DNA of 39,935 nt. Origin: a virus (taxonomy: Duplodnaviria; Caudoviricetes). The stretch lies in IMG/VR virus record IMGVR_UViG_3300037722_000246, positions 1 through 39,935 of that record; one strand, given 5' to 3'. Of the stretch, positions 28,258-36,776 are shown in pieces. Position 1 is the stretch's first letter. Every line of letters starts with the position of its first letter. A program made the position numbers and the translations under genes. The notes beneath the pieces were generated by a model. The model did no database searches and was not told where the DNA came from. It saw nothing but the letters and a program-made list of their open reading frames with translations.

Positions 28258-29021
28258 ATATTGAACGTATTGTTATTTGGTTTTCTTCCGGTGTCACCAG
28301 TGCAGTAGCTGCCAAAATCACCGTAAATAAATACGCGGGAATTTTGCCAGTTCATCTGGTCAATTGTGACACCGGCAGCGAGGACGATGACAACTGGCGA
28401 TTCGCTCATGAGGTATCGACGTGGGTTGGCTTGCCGTTGGAAATTATCAGGAATGAGAAATATGAGGACACGATAGCGGTTTACCGCTCCTCTGGATTTA
28501 TCAAGAGTGTGCATGGTGCAAAATGCACCTACGAACTTAAAAAACTCCCCCGCCGCCAGTACGAAAACCTCGCCACTGACTTACAGGTGTTTGGTTATGA
28601 TGCGGACGAGAAAGGTCGGGCGCAACGATTCAACGAAAACAATCCAGAGGTGGCGACGTGGTTCCCGCTTATCGAAGAGGGCATCACCAAAACGGACGCC
28701 CGGCAGATTCTCGCCCAGGCTGGCATACAAGAGCCGTTGACCTACTCGCTCGGATTCAAAAACGCCAACTGCCTGAAGGCGGGCTGCGTCAAGGGCGGCA
28801 TGGGCTACTGGAATCATATCCGCAAAGTATACCCGGCCGTATTTTGGAACATGGCCAAAGTTGAACGAGAAATAGGCCATGCCATTTGCAGTTCAGAGAG
28901 GCAGGGCGAGAATGGCGAACGGATAAAAATACCGGTCTATTTGGATGAGTTGCCGCCAGATGCCGGGAATTACGACAGCGAGCCGGCGTTTCAATGCGGT
29001 TTGTTTTGCGGACAATATTGA
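28254..29021 (+). CDS. PAPS-reductase-like adenine nucleotide alpha-hydrolase
   Basis: WFSSGVTSA PP-loop-like motif, CTYELKK, FPLIE, NANC..GCVKGG.YW. Confidence 0.75.
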   Translation: MNIERIVIWFSSGVTSAVAAKITVNKYAGILPVHLVNCDTGSEDDDNWRFAHEVSTWVGLPLEIIRNEKYEDTIAVYRSSGFIKSVHGAKCTYELKKLPRRQYENLATDLQVFGYDADEKGRAQRFNENNPEVATWFPLIEEGITKTDARQILAQAGIQEPLTYSLGFKNANCLKAGCVKGGMGYWNHIRKVYPAVFWNMAKVEREIGHAICSSERQGENGERIKIPVYLDELPPDAGNYDSEPAFQCGLFCGQY

Positions 29022-29041
29022 GGAACCTATGAAAATCAAAA

Positions 29042-29230
29042 ATGATTAGATACCAGCCGCGTGACTGCGAAATATGCCGCCGCCAAACTATCTGGTACTA
29101 CATCGGCCAAACGGCATTTCATGAAATTGGCCTTGTGTTGGAGTTTTATCAATGTGGAAGATGCGGGGCGTCAATGAGTAGAGAGGGTATACAAAATGGT
29201 GGGAATCTGGTAAAATGTAGGGGCGAATAA
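29042..29230 (+). CDS. small Zn-ribbon protein
   Basis: CEIC...CGRC. Confidence 0.45.
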   Translation: MIRYQPRDCEICRRQTIWYYIGQTAFHEIGLVLEFYQCGRCGASMSREGIQNGGNLVKCRGE

Positions 29231-29330
29231 CAGACTAGCCTGAACAATAAAATAAGCTATTATTAGACAAAACGTCTTGACCGTCTGTTATTCGCAATCC
29301 CAGGCACGTCAAGGCGTTTTTGCTTTGAGG
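29208..29330 (+). promoter_or_regulatory. extended -10 promoter plus structured leader (attenuator/antisense-like)
   Basis: TGgTAAAAT; 29223-29235 is complementary to 29283-29295; stem 29269-29281/29308-29320 ends in a T-run. Confidence 0.55.
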
Positions 29331-29335
29331 TAAAA

Positions 29336-29707
29336 ATGAACATAAAAGAATATATCATATCGGGAATCTGGAGCGATAATCCATATTTGGTTATTCCGCC
29401 AAATCAACCGGGAAGCGTTGCCAATAGTGCGCATAAAAAATGTCAATTATGCCAGGAGGTGAAATTCACAGTTGAGTATCTGGATAACGATCAATTCATC
29501 GATAAGAAAATACCAGTTTGTACTGATTGTCTAAAAATGCATGATGGTAAGGGCCGCCAAATCGTAAACGACACTAGTAAGACAATGGAATGTGTTAAGT
29601 GTGGACAACAAAAGTTACTTGGTGCGTTTCAAATAAATGCTGGCAGGAATATTTTGGATAATCGCTGTTTGGATTGTGAAAGGACGCGATTGAAGAAACT
29701 TAGATAG
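29336..29707 (+). CDS. Cys-rich (four CxxC) protein
   Basis: CQLC, CTDC, CVKC, CLDC; RBS GAGG. Confidence 0.6.
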   Translation: MNIKEYIISGIWSDNPYLVIPPNQPGSVANSAHKKCQLCQEVKFTVEYLDNDQFIDKKIPVCTDCLKMHDGKGRQIVNDTSKTMECVKCGQQKLLGAFQINAGRNILDNRCLDCERTRLKKLR

Positions 29708-29766
29708 CATAATGCACGCAGATTTAAGCGTCTTTAATATGGTACTGGATAGACAGGACATTTTTC

Positions 29767-30243
29767 ATGGATAAATCGCCAGGACGTGACGGCAGTCTAA
29801 TCGTTACCAAAAGTAACGGGCACGATACAGACGTTGAATTGGCCACAGCTACCATTTTTCTACATTATGAGCTTGGAAGTTATGGCAAAATCGTCAATTT
29901 GTTTGGTGGCAGTAAGGCCATGTGGTGGAAAATAGCCAATGAAGGCATGAGATCGGGACGTGGGCGGAAGCTGCTGGGACTTCCTCATATGATTGAAGTC
30001 TTATCGTGTCCAACTTGTGGAGAAGTCCATACGCAAAAGACATGCCAGCATACAAGGTCAAAAGATCCGCGTTATCGTCTGGCATTGGAATTTGAAACGC
30101 GGGAGGAACAATTAGAGGCGCGTGATTTGATAGAGGAATTGGGGGCAACACGGAAGGGACAATCGACTTATTTAGTTAGCGCTCTGAAATCCCACCTCAA
30201 AGGTCTGGCGGAAAACGACTTTCCCCAATCCCCAATATTTTAA
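29767..30243 (+). CDS. hypothetical protein (CPTCGEVH Zn motif)
   Basis: 158-aa ORF; start uncertain. Confidence 0.55.
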   Translation: MDKSPGRDGSLIVTKSNGHDTDVELATATIFLHYELGSYGKIVNLFGGSKAMWWKIANEGMRSGRGRKLLGLPHMIEVLSCPTCGEVHTQKTCQHTRSKDPRYRLALEFETREEQLEARDLIEELGATRKGQSTYLVSALKSHLKGLAENDFPQSPIF

Positions 30244-30291
30244 GGTTCATTTGGCGTATTCTATGGTATAATTGTATCAAGTTGATACAAT
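30238..30291 (+). promoter_or_regulatory. promoter TTTTAAGGTTC-N18-TATAAT with palindromic operator ATTGTATCAAGTTGATACAAT
   Basis: Second copy of the 22279 promoter/operator; TATAAT 30267-30272, palindrome 30271-30291. Confidence 0.75.
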
Positions 30292-30328
30292 AAATGAGAC
30301 AGCCGGATAGACGGTAAAGGTAAATAAA

Positions 30329-30595
30329 ATGGAATACAACAGAAAAAACCCGCAGTATATTGTTACTAAAGAATATGATGGCGGGTGCAGGGGCGGCCAT
30401 CATTGCTTGTGCGGCAGACAGATACGATATATCTTCGAGGTTGAACGCTCTAACAATCTTGGGGCTAGCGACAAATTTCCTGCGCAGCTTGGGAGCGAAT
30501 GCTCTGGAAATTTGTTATCGGAACGGGTGCAAAAGCTACTCGCCACCCACTTTGAAAAATACCCAGAAACGGTTTTTAGTCCTCTCCCGTTCTAA
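30329..30595 (+). CDS. hypothetical protein
   Basis: First ORF behind the promoter; CLCG...GSEC. Confidence 0.6.
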   Translation: MEYNRKNPQYIVTKEYDGGCRGGHHCLCGRQIRYIFEVERSNNLGASDKFPAQLGSECSGNLLSERVQKLLATHFEKYPETVFSPLPF

Positions 30596-30635
30596 CCCCC
30601 CGCCGGTGGCATCGTAACCGGCAAAAGGAAACCAA

Positions 30636-30974
30636 ATGACAACCATCACTTTTAGACAGCAAGACGAAAAGTATTCAGTTTATCCGGCAACCGTTCGGGA
30701 TCGCCTTAACGTTTTTATGTACGGTATTATGAATCTCAAAATGAAAAATTTGGCGCGTGACATGGTAACGAAAGACGATGCCGTTGAACGTTGCCATGAT
30801 TGGCTCAGTCACGAGATGCGGCGCTTGTGGAAAGCATCGTATGAGCGGGATGCTAACTCGGAAATTTACGAGCGCATGGGCCAGGAAATGTTGGGGGAGA
30901 TTGCGGACCTTGTATATGGTGCTGATGCGTTCGATAAATTGTTTGGCATTGTGAAATTGGAAGAGGCGGTTTAG
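30636..30974 (+). CDS. hypothetical protein
   Basis: RBS AAGGA preceded by a small hairpin. Confidence 0.6.
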   Translation: MTTITFRQQDEKYSVYPATVRDRLNVFMYGIMNLKMKNLARDMVTKDDAVERCHDWLSHEMRRLWKASYERDANSEIYERMGQEMLGEIADLVYGADAFDKLFGIVKLEEAV

Positions 30975-31166
30975 CTTCTAATATTGGCCGTTCCCGGCAG
31001 CGGGAGCGGCAGCCACAGTTGAGCGGGGAACTGGTGCCGGATGAGAGGCCGGTTATTGAGCAGTTGAATGAGATTGTGGCTGCCTTGCGGGTGATAACGG
31101 GACGGCCGCTATCAGCGCGTGAGCAGTTTTTAATTGAGCAGATTCATAGTTTGACGGAGGTTTGAA

Positions 31167-31361
31167 ATGATGAATTGTCCTGTTTGCGAAAGCGAGAATG
31201 TAATGGAAATCAGTAACTTGCACGTGATTTGGAAGTGCTTCGATTGCGGACACGAGGGTGATGGAGAAGTCTTTGATGCTCGCGAGACCGATCCGTTCTG
31301 CGTGCCAGGAATTCAATCTGGTGACTTCGACGTTTCAGGATACGAAGCACAATTTGCTTAA
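31167..31361 (+). CDS. small Zn-ribbon protein
   Basis: RBS GGAGG; CPVC...CFDC. Confidence 0.6.
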   Translation: MMNCPVCESENVMEISNLHVIWKCFDCGHEGDGEVFDARETDPFCVPGIQSGDFDVSGYEAQFA

Positions 31362-31391
31362 CGGCCGTTAACGGCAAAGGGAAAAGACCTG

Positions 31392-31679
31392 ATGGCTGAC
31401 TTTGAAGAATTCTTGCGCCAAATAGCTGACATAGCCTCTTTCGAGGGTGACAGCATGGGAGTGGTAATCCGCGAACCAAAGCCGCATCCGGCCCAAACAC
31501 CCGCCCTGACCTGTGATGTTTGCGATTATGTAGACGATACGGCCGCGAAAACGGCCGTTTCCGAAGACGAAGATGGTGTGATCCGCTGCCAGGTTTGCCG
31601 AAAGAAAAAGCAGCAGGGAACAAGCGGATACGTACATATCCCCCGGCGACGCCGGGGCAAAGGAGACAAGACCCCATGA
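31392..31679 (+). CDS. hypothetical Zn-binding protein
   Basis: CDVC...CQVC. Confidence 0.5.
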   Translation: MADFEEFLRQIADIASFEGDSMGVVIREPKPHPAQTPALTCDVCDYVDDTAAKTAVSEDEDGVIRCQVCRKKKQQGTSGYVHIPRRRRGKGDKTP

Positions 31680-32101
31680 GTGACATTTATTTCCCCAATC
31701 CCAAACGCGGCTGTGGCACGAAAGTGCCCGGCGGCTTCTATGCCGAAACCGAGATGAGCCGGGGCGGCGTGCTGAACCTGTGGACGTGGCTCCTGGGCGA
31801 CGGACTGGAAGGCGGGATCAACTGCCTGCTGAACATTCCCCCGCGCCGGGCCATTTATGGCAATCTGGCCGCATCCCTGGTGATAGGCGAGTTTGTGGGC
31901 GCTGACGTGCCGATGGAAGGCATCGGTATCTTTGACGCCTTGCATGAGATGTTTGACGGGCTGCGCGGCCGTACGGCTGACATCGCCCTCTTTGACCACG
32001 TAGGCAGCCAGTATTACACGCCCTGGTCATTTGCCCAAGAGGTAATGGCCTACGGTCCCAGCCGCCGCATTCCCCCGGCATTGGCCAGGGTGAGACTATG
32101 A
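31676..32101 (+). CDS. hypothetical protein
   Basis: RBS AAGGAG, ATG 31676; KRGCG motif; visibly GC-richer DNA. Confidence 0.55.
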   Translation: MSDIYFPNPKRGCGTKVPGGFYAETEMSRGGVLNLWTWLLGDGLEGGINCLLNIPPRRAIYGNLAASLVIGEFVGADVPMEGIGIFDALHEMFDGLRGRTADIALFDHVGSQYYTPWSFAQEVMAYGPSRRIPPALARVRL

Positions 32102-32322
32102 CATTACTCGAAAAATTGTACCGAATAATCGCACGTGACAATTGCGGCATGACGATCACAGAAGGCCACGATCCGCGCTTTGGCACAATCACATATCACG
32201 ATGTGCAAGGCACGGATACATACAAGGTCGAATATTTTGACGGCAGTCCGCAGCGCATCAGCCGGGAAATTGGCGGCCGCTGGCGGCATTTGACAAACGG
32301 GGATGCGGTTGCACCCTGGTGA
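32098..32322 (+). CDS. hypothetical protein
   Basis: ATGA overlap. Confidence 0.5.
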   Translation: MTLLEKLYRIIARDNCGMTITEGHDPRFGTITYHDVQGTDTYKVEYFDGSPQRISREIGGRWRHLTNGDAVAPW

Positions 32323-32326
32323 AACT

Positions 32327-32545
32327 ATGATCACAAATACTACTCAATTCCATCATGCCGTACGTGGTGCTGGTTATGTCCAGGTACTGCGCACAAAAGG
32401 CAGCAGGCCACTTTTGCAAATAATGGCAACGGGCCAAACGTTTGAGATGTCGTTTGCTTTGTATCGTGACCTTGTATCCGCTGGCAACATCATAGAGGTG
32501 CGGCAAAGCAAAACGGCCATAGCCTGTGATGTGGTTTGTACTTAG
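32327..32545 (+). CDS. hypothetical protein
   Basis: ATG 4 nt after the upstream stop. Confidence 0.5.
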   Translation: MITNTTQFHHAVRGAGYVQVLRTKGSRPLLQIMATGQTFEMSFALYRDLVSAGNIIEVRQSKTAIACDVVCT

Positions 32546-32555
32546 GGGTGATTAA

Positions 32556-32849
32556 ATGTTATATGCTATGTTTGGCATTTTGCTATTTGTATTCTTGTTG
32601 GTTGCTATTGGTATAGCCAAAAACAACAAAGAGCAACAACGTCAAGACGATTATCGAAAAAATAATGGTGCCTATCGTAATGGCGTTTGGGAACACAATA
32701 ATTTCTTAAACCAGGAACGCAATCAAGCTCGCTTTCAAGAACAGCGCGAAAGGCAAAAAGAAATCACCAGGGAGAATAAAAGACGGCAGGAAAAAGAAGA
32801 GGATACCCGGTGGGGACGCAAAAACGGCAGATGGTTTTGGGATGAATAA
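32556..32849 (+). CDS. membrane-anchored hypothetical protein
   Basis: N-terminal hydrophobic helix followed by a charged coil. Confidence 0.55.
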   Translation: MLYAMFGILLFVFLLVAIGIAKNNKEQQRQDDYRKNNGAYRNGVWEHNNFLNQERNQARFQEQRERQKEITRENKRRQEKEEDTRWGRKNGRWFWDE

Positions 32850-33014
32850 CGGCCGTAGCGTGTGACGTTGTTTGTGCCTGATTTTCATACCCCCCTACTG
32901 AGGACCTTGTATCTTGTGTGTGGTGGTTTGAACCAGGCACACCACTACCGGACACCACTAGGGCTACATATTTTATGGATATGTACGCCTATTTTACTGT
33001 CTAACTCCATGGTG

Positions 33015-33043
33015 TTGAAACAGGTGGGGGAGTTTGGTATAAT
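33015..33043 (+). promoter_or_regulatory. strong sigma70-type promoter
   Basis: TTGAAA-17 bp-TATAAT with extended TG. Confidence 0.8.
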
Positions 33044-33049
33044 GTGCCT

Positions 33050-33211
33050 TGTAGCGGTGTGGCAACCGCGTCAGGCAGTAGAAAATAAAATATTTCTAAA
33101 GCGAAAGACCGCTTTAGTCTCTGGCTTACCTGTAAGCCGTAAGTCCTGACGAATTGCCACATTCATATCTGGCGATTGGTAGGCTAGAGACTAAAGCGGT
33201 TTTTATTATTT
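33050..33211 (+). ncRNA. structured leader RNA upstream of the helicase (C4/CI antisense-like or attenuator)
   Basis: 23-bp stem 33108-33130/33178-33200 with two G-U pairs and a U-tract. Loop CCTGACG-aa-TTGCCACA is complementary to upstream TGTGGCAA-ccg-CGTCAGG. Confidence 0.6.
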
Positions 33212-33229
33212 ACAACGTATAGGTGAAAT

Positions 33230-34591
33230 ATGCCAAGCGCAAAACTGCGAAACTTGTACATCAATGCAGCGCCGGATCACTCAGGCCATGCAGAATGTTT
33301 GATAGCAACTCATCCAAACAAATTCAAATATACTGATACGCATGGATGGTTTGTTTACAACGGGAAGTTTTGGGATAACGAATCGGGGAAGGTAAAAGTT
33401 ATCCAGTCGATAAGAGAAGTTTTGCGGGAGCGCCAGAAAATAGCCGGCCAAAGGAACGATAAAAAACTAGAGAACAAGTCATGTGCCGATCAATGGACAA
33501 TAAACGGCGTGTTGGGTGTCTTGCAGACGTGGCCTGATATTTATGCCACTATTGATGACTTCGATGATTATCATCACCTGTTGAATTGTGACAATGGAGT
33601 GCTTGACCTTGAATCTATGCGTTTGTCCAGTCACTCGCCAATGGATTCATTTACCTACTGTCTTCCTATTAAATATGATCCCGATGCCGACCAAACCGAA
33701 TGGACTTACTTCCTAAGAAATTGCGGACTTTCAAATGAGATACTCGACTTCCTTCAGGAGTTTTTTGGCTACTGCTTGACTGGTGCAACCTCTGAGGAAA
33801 TATTGTTATATTTCCGGGGCAAGTCCAGATCGGGAAAGGGTGTTATCACTGAAACGTTTTTAGAACTTATGGGGCCATTGGGCCAGGGCGTCAACTTTAG
33901 AATGTTCACAACCGACAGGGGGGCCGATACTCAAAACTTTGACATGGCTCCGCTTAAGGGGAAACGGTTCATTGTTGCCGGTGAACAAAACCGCAAAGAC
34001 GGATTGAACGAAGCGACAGTTAAAATGATAACGGGTGGGGATTCTATCTACTGCGCATTCAAGCACAAAAACCATTTTTCGTACAGACCACAATACAAGG
34101 TCGTATTGACTTCTAATCACATGGCTTGGGCCGATCCTGCGGATGAGGCCGTTTGGGGACGGCTGCGCATTGTGCCATTTGAAAAGTCGTTTTTGGGCAA
34201 AGAGGACAAGACACTTAAGGCCAGACTAAAGGAACCTGAAAACATTCAAGGCGTTCTGGCCTGGGCAGTGGCTGGCGCGTATCGTTGGTATACAAATGGC
34301 ATGTCCTATCCAAAAATAATGAAAGATGAATTGGACAAAAGCCGCTCCTCTGCCAGCACGGTAATCGCATTTGTTGAGGATGAATGCAAGTTTGATCCGG
34401 CTGGTATGGTCGAGGTGACAACCTTGTATGATAATTACAAGACGTACTGCGCAGCCGAAGGCTACGGATCGTTGGGGCGGCCGCGTTTCAAGGAAGAAAT
34501 AGCAACTATTTACAAAATATCTGAGGAAAGAAAACGTCTCATCCCCAACGGAAAATTGAAACGCGTTTTCACTGGAATTTTGAAAGTGTGA
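33230..34591 (+). CDS. P4/D5-family helicase (D5_N + SF3 ATPase), no primase domain
   Basis: LNCDNGVLDL, Walker A GKSRSGKG, KMITGGD, LTSNH, AVWGRL. Confidence 0.9.
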   Translation: MPSAKLRNLYINAAPDHSGHAECLIATHPNKFKYTDTHGWFVYNGKFWDNESGKVKVIQSIREVLRERQKIAGQRNDKKLENKSCADQWTINGVLGVLQTWPDIYATIDDFDDYHHLLNCDNGVLDLESMRLSSHSPMDSFTYCLPIKYDPDADQTEWTYFLRNCGLSNEILDFLQEFFGYCLTGATSEEILLYFRGKSRSGKGVITETFLELMGPLGQGVNFRMFTTDRGADTQNFDMAPLKGKRFIVAGEQNRKDGLNEATVKMITGGDSIYCAFKHKNHFSYRPQYKVVLTSNHMAWADPADEAVWGRLRIVPFEKSFLGKEDKTLKARLKEPENIQGVLAWAVAGAYRWYTNGMSYPKIMKDELDKSRSSASTVIAFVEDECKFDPAGMVEVTTLYDNYKTYCAAEGYGSLGRPRFKEEIATIYKISEERKRLIPNGKLKRVFTGILKV

Positions 34592-34694
34592 CAACTGTGA
34601 CAAATGTGACAGGTTTTTATAATTATTAGTTCTATACGCGCGTGTATTGCAAGTACAATAAGGAAAAGTTGTCACATTTGTCACACTGGTCACA
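34587..34694. repeat. putative replication origin: three TGTGACA iterons, AT-rich spacer, three inverted iterons
   Basis: TGTGACA at 34587, 34596, 34605; (T/G)GTCACA at 34670, 34679, 34688; 9-bp period. Confidence 0.75.
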
Positions 34695-34708
34695 AAAAGG
34701 ATGAAATT

Positions 34709-35164
34709 ATGAAATTCGATCCATTCAAAATTAATAATAATGATAGTTGGAAAAATGCACCTCCATATCCGAATTGGGCTGATAAAAAACGCTATTATGC
34801 TGAATACCTCTTGTCAGAAGAATGGGCAGAAAAACGACAAGAACTTATAAACCTTGTTGGATACGAATGTGAAGTGTGTCGATCAAGAAACGCATTACAA
34901 GTTCATCATTTGTGGTATAAAAATTTATATCATGAGCCAATGACCGATCTTGTTTTATTATGTGTTAGGTGTCATGAGGCAGCAGATAAGTCCAGAAAAG
35001 AAGGACGATTACAATCAGAACTTGCGCATTGGGCAATATCTAATGATTGGAGATCGGCAGGATTATCATTGAAAGAGACATGCAAAAGGTTTGCACTTTA
35101 CAAGTTCACCACTGGTACGCGACCATTTATAATCGGTTGGATATTTGGAATTGATTTTGAGTAG
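34709..35164 (+). CDS. HNH endonuclease
   Basis: CEVC...LQVHHLWY...DLVLLCVRCH. Confidence 0.8.
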   Translation: MKFDPFKINNNDSWKNAPPYPNWADKKRYYAEYLLSEEWAEKRQELINLVGYECEVCRSRNALQVHHLWYKNLYHEPMTDLVLLCVRCHEAADKSRKEGRLQSELAHWAISNDWRSAGLSLKETCKRFALYKFTTGTRPFIIGWIFGIDFE

Positions 35165-35210
35165 CAATAACCCAATATTTTAAGGTTCACTCAGGCGATA
35201 CAAGGTCAAA

Positions 35211-35831
35211 ATGTATTTAAGCGCAACGACTGCACAATTCTTTCAACGTCCTGATATTTATGGTTGCATGTTTTCGTATCGAAAGACTGGCCGCCAGGAT
35301 GAAGCGCTAAAAACTGACTGCAAGTGGATGCTTGACAATGGCGCATATACCGGAAATTTCGATGATGAGAAGTGGATTCGATGGCTAATTGACATGTGGC
35401 CATACCGCAAAAATTGCATAGGCATTGTAACGCCGGATGTCCCCTATAGTGCCTTTGATACCATCCGTCGGTTTTTCGCCTATTATCGTTTCCCTCAGTT
35501 ATTAGGCTACCCGGTTGCCTTTGCTACTCAGGACGGCATGATGCCCGGCATGGTTCCCTGGCCGCTGTTTGACGTGTTGTTTATTGGTGGCAGTGATGGA
35601 CACAAACGGGGATATGAGGCGAATGTTTTAGCCGATGAAGCCAAAAAACACGGAAAATGGGTACATGTTGGGCGCGTATCATCACCAAATGCCTGGGGCA
35701 AATACTGGACATGGGCAGATTCGTTTGATGGAACAACGTTTGCCCGTGGCGATTCTGTAAAAAAGTTTCACCAATTTTCGGCAGCCCTGAGTAATCATGG
35801 ACAATATCTAGCACGGAGGTTTGAATTATGA
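35211..35831 (+). CDS. TGT/DpdA-like (guanine transglycosylase-like) TIM-barrel protein
   Basis: LDNGAY, PDV, QDG, LFIGGS, HVGRV, ADSFDGT motifs. Confidence 0.6.
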   Translation: MYLSATTAQFFQRPDIYGCMFSYRKTGRQDEALKTDCKWMLDNGAYTGNFDDEKWIRWLIDMWPYRKNCIGIVTPDVPYSAFDTIRRFFAYYRFPQLLGYPVAFATQDGMMPGMVPWPLFDVLFIGGSDGHKRGYEANVLADEAKKHGKWVHVGRVSSPNAWGKYWTWADSFDGTTFARGDSVKKFHQFSAALSNHGQYLARRFEL

Positions 35832-35865
35832 TTTACTGGTCACTGATTTTAATAAAGCGTGAAAG

Positions 35866-35900
35866 TTTTAAGGTTCATTCAGGCGGTTCCATGATACAAT
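35866..35900 (+). promoter_or_regulatory. promoter TTTTAAGGTTC-N18-TACAAT
   Basis: Same upstream 11-mer and spacing as at 22279 and 30238; extended TG. Confidence 0.65.
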
Positions 35901-36042
35901 GAAGTTGATGGACCTTGTATGTGTGCTTTTAACTTTTGAATACCCGGCGTGTCTTGCCCCCACAATACAAGGTCCAAAACTCTTATCAGTTATGTGTCAT
36001 CAAACAAAAGGAGAACTTTGGAGATGACATGTTTTTTGTAAA

Positions 36043-36270
36043 TTGGGGTTCATAATGCGAAAAGGGCAGCATGAGAGTAAGCAGATTGCGATACGCGATA
36101 TGGTGATTTTCATCATGGCTAAATGGCTGCAATGCGGCCGGGCGTATAATCCTATTCTCATGTTGCCTGATTTGGTAAAACATTTTGAAAAAAGTGAGTC
36201 AACTATGCGGGCCTGGATTAAGGAAGCGAAAGCGGCCGGTATTCTACCTGAGATAAAGGAAGCAAAATGA
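36043..36270 (+). CDS. small HTH-like protein (start uncertain)
   Basis: LPDLVKHFEKSESTMRAWIKEAKAAGIL. Confidence 0.5.
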   Translation: MGFIMRKGQHESKQIAIRDMVIFIMAKWLQCGRAYNPILMLPDLVKHFEKSESTMRAWIKEAKAAGILPEIKEAK

Positions 36271-36581
36271 CGAAAAACGACAAGAAGAAGAAACTTGAAA
36301 AATTGTATGATGCAGTTGATGAATACTGTAGTACCAGCGTCAATGGCAAAACTCCAGTTCCGGAAAAATATTGGAACCGGGTAGTATCTGCTTGGCAAAA
36401 AGCAAAGGAGGATAAGAATGACACGGGGAAATAAACGATGTTGTAAATGTGGAATGCCTAGTTACAACGGATTAGACGGCCGTTGGTATTGTAATGAGCA
36501 TTTCCAACAGCTAAAAGCTGATCCGAATGTGCATTGGGGTGCAATCAAATTTGATGGCAAGCGGAAAAAGGCGCAAGAAAA

Positions 36582-36776
36582 ATGACTGAATGGCTAATCA
36601 CCCTCCAGTCGTATTCTGAATTTTGGATATGGTGGGGGGTGATTGGCTGGTTGGTTGCATTTAGGCTTATGTGGGTTTTGCCGTATGTCAGCCGACAACG
36701 ACGGGAAATTGTAAGAGCACTATACAAGGTCAAAAAATTAAATGGACGGGCCAGGCTTAGGAAGAAGCGTACATAA
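36582..36776 (+). CDS. small membrane protein
   Basis: One Trp-rich TM helix, basic tail. Confidence 0.45.
   Translation: MTEWLITLQSYSEFWIWWGVIGWLVAFRLMWVLPYVSRQRREIVRALYKVKKLNGRARLRKKRT

Noticed and set aside
30602-30622. Hairpin GCCGGT-ggcatcgta-ACCGGC as a terminator
   Set aside because: No U-tract; it sits just before an RBS, so at most a stabilising or translation element.
31030-31060. Hammerhead ribozyme suggested by CCGGATGAG
   Set aside because: No CTGANGA core and no correctly placed GAAA.
32862-33149. 95-aa ORF from the track
   Set aside because: It runs over a consensus promoter and the structured leader, and has no RBS; probably non-coding.
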